NCBI GenBank assembly: GCA_963666215.2
Contig: CAXWPL010000001.1
Span: forward strand, 224,001 to 288,000
Source of the DNA: Acidobacteriota bacterium
GTDB taxonomy: Bacteria; Acidobacteriota; UBA890; WLXD01
DNA length: 64,000 bases
Direction: 5' to 3'
Part shown: positions 32,723 to 44,789 of the stretch, in pieces
Layout of the letters: each line of letters starts with the position of its first letter
Numbering within the stretch: the first letter of the stretch is position 1
Notes under the pieces: model-generated
The model's database searches: none
What the model was told of the DNA's origin: nothing
What the model saw: only the letters and a program-made list of their open reading frames with translations
Program-made: the position numbers and the translations under genes

Positions 32723-34030
32723 TTACAGACGAACGATATGTGAGTCGTCGCGGCCGCGTGCGACGTTCCGTGTGTCGACGAGCAACGGCGCCGCGTCGAT
32801 GATGACGGGCCAGTCGAAGGCCGAGTGATCCGTGCCAGCGACAACACAGTCATAGTCGCCGCACACGCCGGGCACACCCGAGATCGACCGCAGCGGCGGC
32901 TCGAAGCCGTGAGGCCGACCCAGCTCGGGCACCCACGGATCGGCGTAGTCGACCGTGGCGCCCTTCGAGGCCAGCAAGCGCAAGATATCGACGGACGGCG
33001 ACTCGCGGGTATCGTCAACATCGCGTTTGTAGGCAACACCGAGCATCAACACGCGCGATCCCTTGACGCTCTTGGTGCGCTCGTTCAGGGCGTCCACCAC
33101 TTTCCCGACCACGTACTCCGGCATGCCCGAGTTGATCTCGGCCGCAATCTCGATCAAGCGCGCCTGGTAGTTGAGCGTGCGGACCTTCCACGTGAGGTAG
33201 TGGGGGTCGACCGGGATGCAGTGCCCACCCAGACCCGGGCCGGGGTAGAAGGGCATGAAGCCGAAGGGCTTCGTGGCGGCGGCGTCGATGACCTCCCAGG
33301 TGTCGATCCCCAGCCGATCACACATCATCGCCATCTCGTTGACCAAAGCGATGTTGACGGCTCTGAACGTGTTCTCGAGCAGCTTGACGAGCTCCGCGGC
33401 ACGCGGCGAGGAAACCGGGTAGACCTCATCGATAATGGTTCCGTAGAGACGCTTGGCGATGTTCGCGCAGGCCGGCGTCATGGCGCCGATGATCTTCGGC
33501 GTGTTCTTGAGCGTGTACGTCTCGTTTCCTGGGTCGATCCGCTCGGGCGAGAAAGCGAGATGAAAATCCACGCCAACTTCGCCGCCCTCGGCGGCGAGCC
33601 GCGGCAGCATGATCTCTTCGGTCGTACCGGGATAGGTCGTGCTCTCGAGAACGGTGAGCAGCCCGGGATGCATTCGTCGGCCGACCTCGTCTGCGACCGC
33701 GACCACGTATGAGACGTCAGGATCTTTGGTCTTGCCCAGTGGAGTGGGCACGCAAATGTGCACCGTGTCGGCGTCGGCCAGAACATCGGCATCGACGGTT
33801 GCCCGTAGGCGTCCGGCGCTGGTCTGAGCGGCAACGGATTCCGACGAGATATCGGAAATGTACGAGCGCCCAGCATTGAGCTCGTCGACCCGCCCACGCG
33901 TCACATCCAGGCCGGTAACGCGGAACCCGGCCTCGGCGAACGCCACCGCGAGCGGCAGCCCGACGTAGCCAAGGCCGACCACGCAGACGTGCGCACTCCG
34001 ATCGTCGATCTTCGTGGACAGCTCGCTCAT
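32723..34030 (-). CDS. UDP-N-acetylhexosamine/nucleotide-sugar dehydrogenase (WbpA/TviB-like)
   Basis: VGLGYVGLP, CVPTP, LESTTYPGTT, FSPERIDPGN, GLGGHCIPVDP; likely start is the ATG at 34030. Confidence 0.92.
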   Translation of the reverse strand: MSELSTKIDDRSAHVCVVGLGYVGLPLAVAFAEAGFRVTGLDVTRGRVDELNAGRSYISDISSESVAAQTSAGRLRATVDADVLADADTVHICVPTPLGKTKDPDVSYVVAVADEVGRRMHPGLLTVLESTTYPGTTEEIMLPRLAAEGGEVGVDFHLAFSPERIDPGNETYTLKNTPKIIGAMTPACANIAKRLYGTIIDEVYPVSSPRAAELVKLLENTFRAVNIALVNEMAMMCDRLGIDTWEVIDAAATKPFGFMPFYPGPGLGGHCIPVDPHYLTWKVRTLNYQARLIEIAAEINSGMPEYVVGKVVDALNERTKSVKGSRVLMLGVAYKRDVDDTRESPSVDILRLLASKGATVDYADPWVPELGRPHGFEPPLRSISGVPGVCGDYDCVVAGTDHSAFDWPVIIDAAPLLVDTRNVARGRDDSHIVRL

Positions 34031-34240
34031 TCGAAATCCCCAGGGCCTCGCGCGCAGCAGCACGCCTCGGGCGACAGTATAGGTAGTGTCTCTTCGGCGG
34101 AGCAAGCAGAACCGTCCGCGCCGCAGAAGGTCCGACCAACGGTCGCTTTCGACGTCCTGAACGCCGCGGCTCCTTGCCGCGGCAGCTTCCGACTTCCGGT
34201 CCCAAAGCCTCGAGTGCTTCACGGACGCACCCATCAACAC

Positions 34241-34774
34241 ATGCTCACCGCTTATCTCGGGCTCGGCTCCGACCTCGGGCGTCGCCCTGCACAACTGGCC
34301 GGCGGCATCGGCTGTCTCGCGCAGCTGGGATTGCGGGTCGCTCGCTGCTCGTCGCTCTACCTCACCGAGCCTCACGGCAATCCAGCCCTGCCCTGGTTCG
34401 TCAACGCGGTGGTCGAGATCCTCGACCCGCCTCCGCCCGCCCAGTTGCTGCTGGATTGTCTCGAGGCCGAACAACGCTGCGGACGTCTCAGGCATGCGCA
34501 AGGCCGCGAACCCGAAACGGCGTCGGCGCCACTGGCACGCACGCTGGACATCGACGTCTTGCTGTACGACGACCTCGTTCTGAACACCGCCGAACTGTCG
34601 ATTCCGCATCCGGAGCTGCATCTGCGGCGCTTCGTCCTGCAGCCGTTGGCAGAGCTCGCCCCGCAAGCGCTACATCCGAGCCGGCAAGAGACCGTCGCCG
34701 AGCTGCTGGCCCGTGCGCCGAGCCACCTGGGAGTCTGGTTGCTCGCACCGCCGCTCGAGTTGGCCGGTCGCTAG
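34241..34774 (+). CDS. folK: 2-amino-4-hydroxy-6-hydroxymethyldihydropteridine diphosphokinase
   Basis: AYLGLGSDLG, SSLYLTEP, FVNAV, RTLDIDVLLY, IPHPEL..RRFVLQPL. Confidence 0.93.
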   Translation: MLTAYLGLGSDLGRRPAQLAGGIGCLAQLGLRVARCSSLYLTEPHGNPALPWFVNAVVEILDPPPPAQLLLDCLEAEQRCGRLRHAQGREPETASAPLARTLDIDVLLYDDLVLNTAELSIPHPELHLRRFVLQPLAELAPQALHPSRQETVAELLARAPSHLGVWLLAPPLELAGR

Positions 34775-34963
34775 GCAGATCCTGTCGCCGACTCCCGCCG
34801 CGCGCTGGCAGCGCTAGTTACTGAGCCGGCGCCGGTCTGGGTGGTATCGTGTGCCGCTGCCCGGCGGCCAGAAATCGAATCGACAGACGGAGCGACGGCG
34901 CTTCGACCGCGGCGAACCCGACAGCCAAGCACCCCAGATCGTCCCACCATGGCCTGTTAGCGC

Positions 34964-35599
34964 ATGCGAAAGAAGTACATCGCCCTCGAGGGACCCATTG
35001 GCGTCGGCAAAACGAGCCTCGTTAACCTCATGGTGGAGCGCCTCGGTGCGGCCAAGATCCTCGAGGATGTAACCAATCCCTTTCTCGAGGCTTTCTACGA
35101 GGAAGAGCCCGGCGCGGCCTTCCAAGCGCAGCTGTTCTACCTTCTTGCGCGTTACCGCACCCTCTCGGAAGCGGTCCAGACAGACCTCTTCTCCCGTTTC
35201 ACCGTCGCCGACTTCACGTTCTACAAGGACCGAATCTTCGCTCACCTGACACTCGACGACAGCGAGCTTCTGCTCTACGAGAAGCTCTGGGCCGTTCTCG
35301 AGCCGCAGGTGCCGAAGCCCGACCTGGTGGTGTACCTACAGGGGTCCACGGCGGTACTCGCGGAGCGGGTGGCAAAGCGCGATCGCGCGGAGGAGCGGAA
35401 TCTCTCGCTCGACTACCTCGAGGAGGTCCATCAGGCCTTCTCGCACTTCTTCCTGCAGTATGACGACACGCCTCTGCTGGTGATCAACACTACGGACATC
35501 GATTTCGTCGCCGACCCGGTGGATTTCGACGACCTGATTGCGCAGATCGAGTCGATGGACGCCGGACGTCAGGTCTACGTACCGCGCCGGAGCCGCTAG
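34964..35599 (+). CDS. Deoxynucleoside kinase
   Basis: IALEGPIGVGKTS, NPFL..FY, PDLVVYLQ; follows folK as is common. Confidence 0.92.
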   Translation: MRKKYIALEGPIGVGKTSLVNLMVERLGAAKILEDVTNPFLEAFYEEEPGAAFQAQLFYLLARYRTLSEAVQTDLFSRFTVADFTFYKDRIFAHLTLDDSELLLYEKLWAVLEPQVPKPDLVVYLQGSTAVLAERVAKRDRAEERNLSLDYLEEVHQAFSHFFLQYDDTPLLVINTTDIDFVADPVDFDDLIAQIESMDAGRQVYVPRRSR

Positions 35600-35728
35600 C
35601 GCGCCACCTACAGTGGCGCCGTTCGAGGCCACACTCGCGTGGTACGCTCGGCCGCGCTTTCCGGTTGGTCAGCCGTACAGTCAGTGTCCGCCTTCGACGC
35701 GCTCCCGCGCCGCGCCTCCGATTTGAGC

Positions 35729-37963
35729 ATGCGCAAGCTCCGTACCCGCACTCCACTCGGAGGCCTCTTCTCCGCACTGATTGCGGCCATCCTGGTGACA
35801 TCGACCAGCGAGGCGGCACAGCAGAGCGCGCAGGATTCAGACTCGAGCCGCCCAACGATTGGGGCCCACGCAGTCGACAACGGCCCGGGGATCGATGGCG
35901 TGTTGGACGAGCCGGAATGGGCCGACGCCGAGGTGGCCGGCGACTTCACCCAGCGCGAGCCGGACCCGGGCGAGCCAGCCAGCGAGTCGACCGAGTTTCG
36001 CGTCATCTACACGCGCTCCACGCTCTACATCGGAGTGATCGCCTACGACCGCAGACCCGACCAGCTGATTGCCGACGAGATGCAGCGCGACAGCATGCTC
36101 GAAAACGACGACTCGGTGAGCATCCTGCTCGACACCTTCCACGATCACCGCAACGGCTTCCTTTTCGAGACCAACGCCAACGGTGCTCGCTCTGACGCCC
36201 TCGTCGAGGCGGAAGGCAGCCAGCCGAATCGCCAGTGGGACGGCGTCTGGCGCGTTCGCTCCACCCGCACCACCGAGGGCTGGATCGCCGAGATCGCGAT
36301 CCCCTTCTCGACGCTGCGCTTCAGCGCTGGGAACGACACCTGGGGCTTCAACATGCGACGTCTCGTGCGGCGCCGCTCGGAGGAAACTTTCTGGTCGCCG
36401 ATTGGTCTCGAGGCGAACGGGACCCGGGTCTCGCTCGCTGGACATATCACCGGCCTGAACAACCTGCAGCCGGGATTGAACCTGCGCGTCAAGCCGTTCG
36501 CGCTTGGCAGTAGCGGTCGCTCGTTCGAGGCTGGGGCGGAAGATCCCGGCGACGACCTGACGGGCGGTGCGGACATGAGATGGGGCGTGACGCAGGGCTT
36601 GACTCTCGACATGACCTACAACACCGACTTCGCGCAGGTCGAGGTTGACGAGCAACGCGTCAACCTGACGCGCTTCTCGCTGTTCTTTCCCGAGAAGCGT
36701 GAGTTCTTCCTCGAGAACGCCGGGATCTTCGAGTTCGGACCGCCGGCCGGACGCTCGGACTTCCGACCACCGTTCTTCAAGGCCTTCTTCTCTCGCCGTA
36801 TCGGGCTCGAAAACGACGAGCGTGTGCCAATCGACTACGGCGCACGTCTCACCGGCCGCGTCGGAGGCTGGAACATTGGCCTACTCGATGTGCAGACGGA
36901 GACGACGCCGCTCGACGAGGGCGAGATCGTGCCCTCGGCCAACTGGGGCGTCGTGCGCATCAAGCGGAACCTCGGCGAGCGCTCATCGATTGGTGCCATC
37001 TTCACGAATCGGCAGAGCGATGCCGGCGACTGGAACCGCGCCGCAGGCGTCGATTTCGACGTCAACCCGTCGGCGCGAGTCAATCTCAATGGCTTCTTCA
37101 TCGCCAGCCAGGATCCGGGCCAGAAGCTTACCGATCTTTCCGACAACTGGGCTGCCGGCGCCGGGTTCGTCTGGAGAGGAAGCACCTGGCGGGCCAACGC
37201 CGAGTACCAGGAGATCCGCGAGAATTTCAACCCGGAGATGGGGTTCCTGCTGCGCGAAGGGGTCCGCCGCTACAACAGCAACGTCGACTTCGAGCCCCGC
37301 CCGCAGAACAATCTCGGACTACGCAGTCTGTCGTTCAACCTGCGCTCCGAGATCGTCACCGACACCGAGGGCACCCTGGAGACGGTCGACACAACGGTGC
37401 GGTTGCTGGGCTTGCAGTTTCGGTCGGGCGATCGACTCACCTTCTTCGGTTCGTACAACTACGAGTTCCTCGAAGAGCCGTTCGAGATCCAGGACGACCT
37501 CTTCATCCCACAGGGTGAGTACGAGTCCTTCGACGTTGGCGTGTTCGTGACCACCGACGGAGGCCGACCGGTTTCGTTCTTTGGCTTCTGGACGTTGGGC
37601 GACTTCTACACCGGCAAGCGAACCACCGGCAGCAGCAGGGTGACGACGCGAATCAACAAGCACCTGAACATGGCGACGTCGTGGAACCACAACAACGTCG
37701 ATCTGCCGCAGGGGTCCTTCGTAACCAACGTCCTCCAGCAGCGGGTCAACTTGGCACTCACGCCTGACCTGTTCTTCAACACGTTCGCCCAGATCAACGA
37801 CGCGGACGATCTGTTCGCGATCAACGCCCGCCTCAACTGGATCTACAAGCCGGGCGCGGATCTGTTCCTGGTCTACAACCAGCAGTGGGACACCAGCGGC
37901 GACGCGTTCCCGGCAATTAACAGGGCGGTGATTGTGAAGTTCACCTACCTGTTGATTCTGTAG
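35729..37963 (+). CDS. DUF5916-type outer-membrane protein with an N-terminal CBM9-like domain
   Basis: Signal peptide, IDGVLDEPEW, W.AEIAIPFSTLRF, NTDFAQVEVD..VNLTRFSLFFPEKREFFLE, terminal VKFTY strand. Confidence 0.85.
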   Translation: MRKLRTRTPLGGLFSALIAAILVTSTSEAAQQSAQDSDSSRPTIGAHAVDNGPGIDGVLDEPEWADAEVAGDFTQREPDPGEPASESTEFRVIYTRSTLYIGVIAYDRRPDQLIADEMQRDSMLENDDSVSILLDTFHDHRNGFLFETNANGARSDALVEAEGSQPNRQWDGVWRVRSTRTTEGWIAEIAIPFSTLRFSAGNDTWGFNMRRLVRRRSEETFWSPIGLEANGTRVSLAGHITGLNNLQPGLNLRVKPFALGSSGRSFEAGAEDPGDDLTGGADMRWGVTQGLTLDMTYNTDFAQVEVDEQRVNLTRFSLFFPEKREFFLENAGIFEFGPPAGRSDFRPPFFKAFFSRRIGLENDERVPIDYGARLTGRVGGWNIGLLDVQTETTPLDEGEIVPSANWGVVRIKRNLGERSSIGAIFTNRQSDAGDWNRAAGVDFDVNPSARVNLNGFFIASQDPGQKLTDLSDNWAAGAGFVWRGSTWRANAEYQEIRENFNPEMGFLLREGVRRYNSNVDFEPRPQNNLGLRSLSFNLRSEIVTDTEGTLETVDTTVRLLGLQFRSGDRLTFFGSYNYEFLEEPFEIQDDLFIPQGEYESFDVGVFVTTDGGRPVSFFGFWTLGDFYTGKRTTGSSRVTTRINKHLNMATSWNHNNVDLPQGSFVTNVLQQRVNLALTPDLFFNTFAQINDADDLFAINARLNWIYKPGADLFLVYNQQWDTSGDAFPAINRAVIVKFTYLLIL

Positions 37964-38045
37964 GGAAAGCCCGCGGGAAGAGCCACGATCGTGCGGCCAT
38001 GCTCGGCCCTGGCCGCTGCGACGGCGAGATCGACGTCGGCGCCTG

Positions 38046-39443
<1,398 letters not shown>

Positions 39444-39518
39444 TCGCCTCCCCTATGTCCGTGCGGCCCGTACGCGTGGCGGACTGCATCGTATCGAACC
39501 GACAGCGCGGGAAACCCG

Positions 39519-42425
39519 CTAGCTGGCGCGCGCCGCTTCGGTGTCGATCAACTCGCTCGTGGGCAGCTCGATGACGAAGCGCGTTCCCACGCCCGGCTCG
39601 CTGTGGACGTTAATGCTGCCGCGATGCTCTTGAACGATCCCGTAGCTCACCGAGAGCCCTAGCCCGGTTCCCTTTCCCACCCCTTTTGTGGTGAAGAACG
39701 GGTCGTAGACCTTGTGAACGTGCTCGGCGTCGATACCGCTACCGTTATCGATCACCTCGAGCACCGCGTCGCCGTCGCGCTGGGCTGTGACGATTCTCAC
39801 CTCGCCGCCCTGAGGCATGGCATCGCGGGCGTTGAGCACGAGGTTCATCAGCACCTGTTGCAGCTTGATGGGGTCGCCGATCACCGGGCGCATGTCGCTG
39901 GCAAGCTCGGTATCCACCCGTACGCGGCGCTCTTTGAGCTGGATCTCCGCCAGCGCCAAGGTGTCGAGAACCACGGTGTTCAGATCGATCGGACGCTGCT
40001 GCCCGCTCTCCTGACGCGAAAAATTGAGCAGGTTGTTGACGATCTGTGACGCCCTGAAGGTCTGCTTCTCGATTTTCTCGAGGATGGCACGACGAGGATC
40101 CGTTTCGGGCATCTTGCGCTGCAACATCTGCACGTAGGACGAAATCCCCGTAAGAGGTGTGTTGACCTCGTGCGCCACTCCAGCGGCGAGCAGGCCAACC
40201 GATGTCAGCTTCTCGGCCTGCTGTAACCGCGACTCGAGCTGGGTCCGCTCCGTGACGTCGTCGACGATGATCACCGTGCCCGTGTCGCCTGACTCACCCA
40301 GCAGGGGTGCCAGCGACAATGTCACCACCTTGTCCTCGCCGCGCCGAGTCCTCAACGAGATTCGATAGGCCGACGTGATGGGCTCCAGTCCCTGATCAAC
40401 CTCGGCACGCGCTGCATTCAAGACGGCGAGGAAACCGCTCGGGAAGAGCTCCTCGACCTGACGGCCCATCACCTCCTTGGGAGGCTGCCCGTAGATCTCG
40501 GCAAGCGAGCGGTTCCAGGAGAGCACGGAGCCATCGCTGTCGAGCACCATCACACCGGCGGTGATGCTCTCGACGATGTTCTCGTTGTAGGTCTTCAAGC
40601 GCTCGAGCTCGACCGCCTTGTTCTCGGACTCGCGATACAAGAGCGCGTTATCGATCGCCAGCGCGGCATGCGCCACCAAGGGCTGCAGAACGTTGAGGTC
40701 TTCGGTGGAGAGGTAGTCGCCAGAGAGACGGCGGCCCAACGCCAGCACGCCAATGATGTCGCCCTTCACCTCGAGCGGCAGGAAATAGGCAAGATCCTCA
40801 GACTCGAGTATCTCGAGATCCTGCGGGTATTCGTCGAGAAGTCCGCGCAGATCATCGACGTAGACGAACTCGCGGCGCGACAGCGCGCCACAGACAAACT
40901 GCGAGAACGTTGACGACAGCGGTTGGCCGCTGCGGAGCTCTCCGCCGGCGGCGACGATCCGCAGCGTGTCGCTCTCGTGGACGCGTAGAAGCACCGCCAC
41001 TTGGCCAACACCGAGGGTGTCGCGCACGCGCTTGACGAGCAGCTCGACAACGCTGCCCAGGTCATTCTCGGCGTTGAGCTCCCGCGCGAAGTCGGTAAGC
41101 GTGCGCCGCGCGCGGTAGCGCTCGCGGTAGTAGAACCGATCTACGAGATTCTGCACCCGGTCTCGCAGCGGCGCAAAGAGGATGGCTACCAGGAGTGTGG
41201 CCACGAGCGAGCCTACGCGGCGGACATCCGCATCGAGCCCTCCGAATGTGCGTGACAAGCCCCATTCGGAGGCCAGATAGATCGCCAGCACGCCCAGAAT
41301 GCTCAGCGCGTGGATCAGCCCGCGCTTCAGGATGATCTCCACGTCCCATAGGCGGAAGCCAACGGCAGCGTAGGCGAACGACAGTGGCACCAGGATGAGT
41401 GGCAGAACCGTGAGTGCCGTTACCGACCAGGTCTCGAGCCCCATCAGCTTCAAAGGCATGTAGAAGGCCACCAATGGCATGAGGCCGAGCCCGGTGCCAC
41501 CCACCAGCCACTTGAGTCGCTTGCGCTCGTCCGGCGCGGTGGCCTGAGTGTACGAGTGCGCCAGCGCCAGAATCGCGAGAACCACCGCCAGTCCCATATA
41601 AACCAGCCCAACCAGCGAAGTGAGCTGGAACACACGGTCTTGGCCGGCGAGCGACAGCGCCCGGAACGGCCAGCTACCGCGCGCCAACCCGATCTGGACG
41701 AACGTGAGTGGCACGGCGGGGCCGAACGCCGCCAGCAGCAGTAGGTTGTGGTATTCGCGATAGACCGGCTTGAGGCGCGGGAACGTCAGCGAGAAGTAGA
41801 GAAACAGCCCCGGCACCAGATTCCGGGCGAGTTGGTCACCCCAGAAGATGGAGTTGAACCATGGATCGCTCAGGCGCGATGTGGGCGACAGCGCCAGCAA
41901 ACAGAACAGCGCCGCGGCGAGGAAAAACAGGCGGAGGCTGCCGACATCCGGCTGCCGCAACAGCGCGAACACACCCACCACGAGAAAGCCCAAACCGACG
42001 AAGCTCAGATACAAGTACAAGTCGTTCTCGGGTGCGACGCCCCTGAGACTGACGAAGGCATGCACCTGCTCGCCACCACGGTCGAGCACGTACTCCAGAC
42101 GTTCTCCGACCTCGCGGCCGAACAGCACGATGTCGACAAAGACCGGAGTGTCGGGCCTGGCGCCGTCGACACTGACGAGCCCGTCACCGGTTCGAACCCC
42201 GGCGCTGGCTCCAGCGCCTCCGACATCGACGCGCGCTGCCGTCAGCCGGGAGCCACGCAGCTCCCAGTCGATGCCATCCTCGGGCTCTTCCCAGCTGAGT
42301 CGGTTGACAACGCTCATCACGCCCAGGAAGAGCAGAGTTCCGGCAACGCCAATCAAAATGGCGGTCTGCAGCGAGTCCAGCCTCAGGCGGTTCGGACTCG
42401 TCGAGTTGGGGCCGTGGTTTGTCAC
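39519..42425 (-). CDS. Sensor histidine kinase (PDZ-like, multi-TM, GAF, PAS, HisKA, HATPase)
   Basis: AGVRTGDGLVSVDG PDZ-like motif, many TM helices, ALAIDNALLY, GVAHEVNTPL, NARDAM, DNGSG, FFTTK, GTGLGL. Confidence 0.92.
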   Translation of the reverse strand: MTNHGPNSTSPNRLRLDSLQTAILIGVAGTLLFLGVMSVVNRLSWEEPEDGIDWELRGSRLTAARVDVGGAGASAGVRTGDGLVSVDGARPDTPVFVDIVLFGREVGERLEYVLDRGGEQVHAFVSLRGVAPENDLYLYLSFVGLGFLVVGVFALLRQPDVGSLRLFFLAAALFCLLALSPTSRLSDPWFNSIFWGDQLARNLVPGLFLYFSLTFPRLKPVYREYHNLLLLAAFGPAVPLTFVQIGLARGSWPFRALSLAGQDRVFQLTSLVGLVYMGLAVVLAILALAHSYTQATAPDERKRLKWLVGGTGLGLMPLVAFYMPLKLMGLETWSVTALTVLPLILVPLSFAYAAVGFRLWDVEIILKRGLIHALSILGVLAIYLASEWGLSRTFGGLDADVRRVGSLVATLLVAILFAPLRDRVQNLVDRFYYRERYRARRTLTDFARELNAENDLGSVVELLVKRVRDTLGVGQVAVLLRVHESDTLRIVAAGGELRSGQPLSSTFSQFVCGALSRREFVYVDDLRGLLDEYPQDLEILESEDLAYFLPLEVKGDIIGVLALGRRLSGDYLSTEDLNVLQPLVAHAALAIDNALLYRESENKAVELERLKTYNENIVESITAGVMVLDSDGSVLSWNRSLAEIYGQPPKEVMGRQVEELFPSGFLAVLNAARAEVDQGLEPITSAYRISLRTRRGEDKVVTLSLAPLLGESGDTGTVIIVDDVTERTQLESRLQQAEKLTSVGLLAAGVAHEVNTPLTGISSYVQMLQRKMPETDPRRAILEKIEKQTFRASQIVNNLLNFSRQESGQQRPIDLNTVVLDTLALAEIQLKERRVRVDTELASDMRPVIGDPIKLQQVLMNLVLNARDAMPQGGEVRIVTAQRDGDAVLEVIDNGSGIDAEHVHKVYDPFFTTKGVGKGTGLGLSVSYGIVQEHRGSINVHSEPGVGTRFVIELPTSELIDTEAARAS

Positions 42426-42493
42426 AGTCTAGGCATCAGCTGGATCGGACGATCCGAGTCGTTCGGCCGAGGGAGGCATCAATCCACTGTCCT

Positions 42494-42510
42494 CGCAATC
42501 TTCGTACCAA
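42494..42510 (-). promoter_or_regulatory. Sigma54 (-24/-12) promoter for the kinase-regulator pair
   Basis: Minus strand TTGGTACGAAGATTGCG gives GG-N10-GC with TGG and TTGC context, about 70 bp upstream of the kinase start. Confidence 0.75.
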
Positions 42511-42667
42511 CTCGCCGTCTTCGTCGCGCTGCGGCAATAACGGTCGCTCGGGCCAAGCGGGGGCATCTGCGTGACTCGGGCAGTCCCGAGTGACGGAAAA
42601 TGTCATTCCGAGATCCAATATCTTGGCTTGAAGATCCATGTCATTGGATGAGAGGTGAAAAGGCCTC

Positions 42668-42701
42668 AAACAAAAAACGGCGAGGGATTGCCGCCCTCGC
42701 C
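42668..42701 (-). terminator. Intrinsic terminator after the 42782-44551 gene
   Basis: GGCGAGGG-(7-nt loop)-CCCTCGCC followed by GTTTTTTGTTT on the minus strand. Confidence 0.85.
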
Positions 42702-42781
42702 CGCCGTGATCTGGTTATTGCTCGTCGCATCAGGCCGCCCCACGGCCACAGATACGACGATCGCTTCCGACCCGCCCGACC

Positions 42782-44551
42782 CTAGAACCTCACCGCCAGT
42801 CCGCCCGCCACGCCGCGTGTGAGGCCGGCGAGATCGGATAGCGATACGTTGAAGAGGCCGTCGTAGGCGGGCCCCATCAGGTTGTGAACTCGCAACATCG
42901 CCGACCACTCGCTGTCGAGCGCCCGGAACGGTAGCGGCTGACGCAGCATGACGTCTAGCCGGCTGTACTCGTCGCGCAACTCGCCATCGTCCACGATGGG
43001 CATGCCCTGCTTCCAGTTGTAGCTCGCCTCGAGGCGCGTCTGGAGGCGGCCGAGCACGGCCGCGAACATTGCCTGAACCTCGTGGGTCTGGCGGAAAGCA
43101 ACGTCGGTAGCGCTCTCGTCGTCGAAGAGCCCACGCTCCTCAGCGACGTCAACCGGATACTCGCCTCCCCTACGGCTACCGTAGGCGTAGCTAACCGCCC
43201 CCGAAACCAGGTCGGTCAGACTCCCAGCCAGCGCCAGCTCGAAGCCCTTGATCGAGGCGTCGCCAACGTTGAACAGAAGGTAGTCGGCGCTATCACCGTC
43301 AACTCCGCCGCCCGACAAATAGACGCCTACGAGCTCGTTGGTGACGTCGTCGTAGTAGGCGTTGACCCGCAGATCCGCCGCGCCGATTTGCCGCGCCAAC
43401 CCCAGCTTGTAGCGCAGCGTTCTCTCCGGTTTGATCGAGGCCATGTCGCCGACTCGGAGGTTGGTCCGCGACAGCAGGGACGCGGTTTCGAATCCACCCT
43501 CCTCGGTGAGATCCAGGCCCTCGGCCTCGTAGGAGATGCCGGTGAATACGTGCGTGTCGTCGTTGAGCCGGTAGTCGGCCTCGAGCCTCGGCGAAATGAG
43601 CGTCGAGTCGGCAAGGTAGTTGTTGTGCTCGTAGCGCACGGCAGCCGATACCAGCAATGTGTCGGTCGCCTGCCATTCGTCTCGCAGCGACAGGCTGCCA
43701 ATCCAGCTGTCGTGCTCCTCGGCGTCCTCAACCGGCAGCCGCTCGGGAATGAGGAGACCGCTGCCGATGTAGCCGAACCCGAGCTGTAGACGGTGGCCGA
43801 GACCCGTGTCGTGGGTTATCGAGCTGTCAGCCCAAATCGCACCACCCTCGCCGACGCTGGCTCGCAGGTTCCAGCCCTCGGCGCCGGACCCGCCGAGAGC
43901 GAGCGACGTCACACCGACGGTCTCACTACCGTCAGCTACAGGCGTGAAGCTCCACAAACGGAACTCTCCGAGCGCTGCATCGTCGGACGGCGCCAAGCTC
44001 CAACCGCTCCGGGAGCCGACTCCAACAGGGCCTCCAGCCGGCGAGCCGTCGGCGAGCACCATGTCGGTTTGCCGCAGCACATCGCGAGCTCGTGACCGCA
44101 GCGCCCAACCGAGCTGGAGGGGCGCGTTCACGCTGGCCAAGTCGCGATCGGTGTCTTCGTCGAGCTGCAGGCTGAGCGTTTCGGGTGACGGAATGTTGAT
44201 GCCGGCGAGAACTTTGCCGGTGAACCCCAGGCTACCCACCAGCAGCGAGTACACACCCTGTGGCAACCCGGGAACGGAGAATTCGCCACGAGCGTCCGTA
44301 ACGACGATCGCCGACGGGCGTTCGGATCCGAGCGCGATCACCGCTACAAAGGCGCCCAGCAGCGGCATTCCACGAGCATCGCGGACGGCGCCAAGAAGCG
44401 CTCCACTCAGGCTCTGCAGCTGCGGCTCTGGCTCGGGCGGCGGTATCGGCGCTGCGCCGATCGCCGCCGACGGAGTCGCGAATGAAGCCACGACAAAGGC
44501 CAGTGCGATCGCCGCTGTCGGGCGGGCACCTACGGTACGCGAAGTTGGCAT
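42782..44551 (-). CDS. Outer-membrane beta-barrel protein with an N-terminal carboxypeptidase-regulatory-like domain (TonB-dependent-receptor-like)
   Basis: Signal peptide, G.VRDARG.PL.GA..TDARGEF..GLPQGVYSL, ISPRLEADY and IKPERT barrel motifs, terminal LAVRF. Confidence 0.75.
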   Translation of the reverse strand: MPTSRTVGARPTAAIALAFVVASFATPSAAIGAAPIPPPEPEPQLQSLSGALLGAVRDARGMPLLGAFVAVIALGSERPSAIVVTDARGEFSVPGLPQGVYSLLVGSLGFTGKVLAGINIPSPETLSLQLDEDTDRDLASVNAPLQLGWALRSRARDVLRQTDMVLADGSPAGGPVGVGSRSGWSLAPSDDAALGEFRLWSFTPVADGSETVGVTSLALGGSGAEGWNLRASVGEGGAIWADSSITHDTGLGHRLQLGFGYIGSGLLIPERLPVEDAEEHDSWIGSLSLRDEWQATDTLLVSAAVRYEHNNYLADSTLISPRLEADYRLNDDTHVFTGISYEAEGLDLTEEGGFETASLLSRTNLRVGDMASIKPERTLRYKLGLARQIGAADLRVNAYYDDVTNELVGVYLSGGGVDGDSADYLLFNVGDASIKGFELALAGSLTDLVSGAVSYAYGSRRGGEYPVDVAEERGLFDDESATDVAFRQTHEVQAMFAAVLGRLQTRLEASYNWKQGMPIVDDGELRDEYSRLDVMLRQPLPFRALDSEWSAMLRVHNLMGPAYDGLFNVSLSDLAGLTRGVAGGLAVRF

Positions 44552-44789
44552 AGGGCTTCCGTCAGGGGGGTCCACGGAATCCGAATCTATCATCGGGCCG
44601 CGAACACGGTCAACCGAGCTGCCCCTTCGCTCGGGAGCAGGCTGCCGCTTGGCGGAGAGCATCCTCCAGCATTCACTCAGTCGAGTCAACCATGGCCCCC
44701 AGCAGGCCGCGCAGCGCGGAGGCCGCATATTGAAGGACGGCCTTCCGGGCAGGTGGCGAGCGGTCATCGGACCGACTAGCGTGGGCGAC

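Noticed and set aside
43806-44789. Apparent 328-aa N-terminal extension of Pol I, and similar extensions on serS, folK and the nucleotide-sugar dehydrogenase
   Set aside because: These are longest-ORF artefacts overlapping opposite-strand genes; family homology begins at downstream ATGs.
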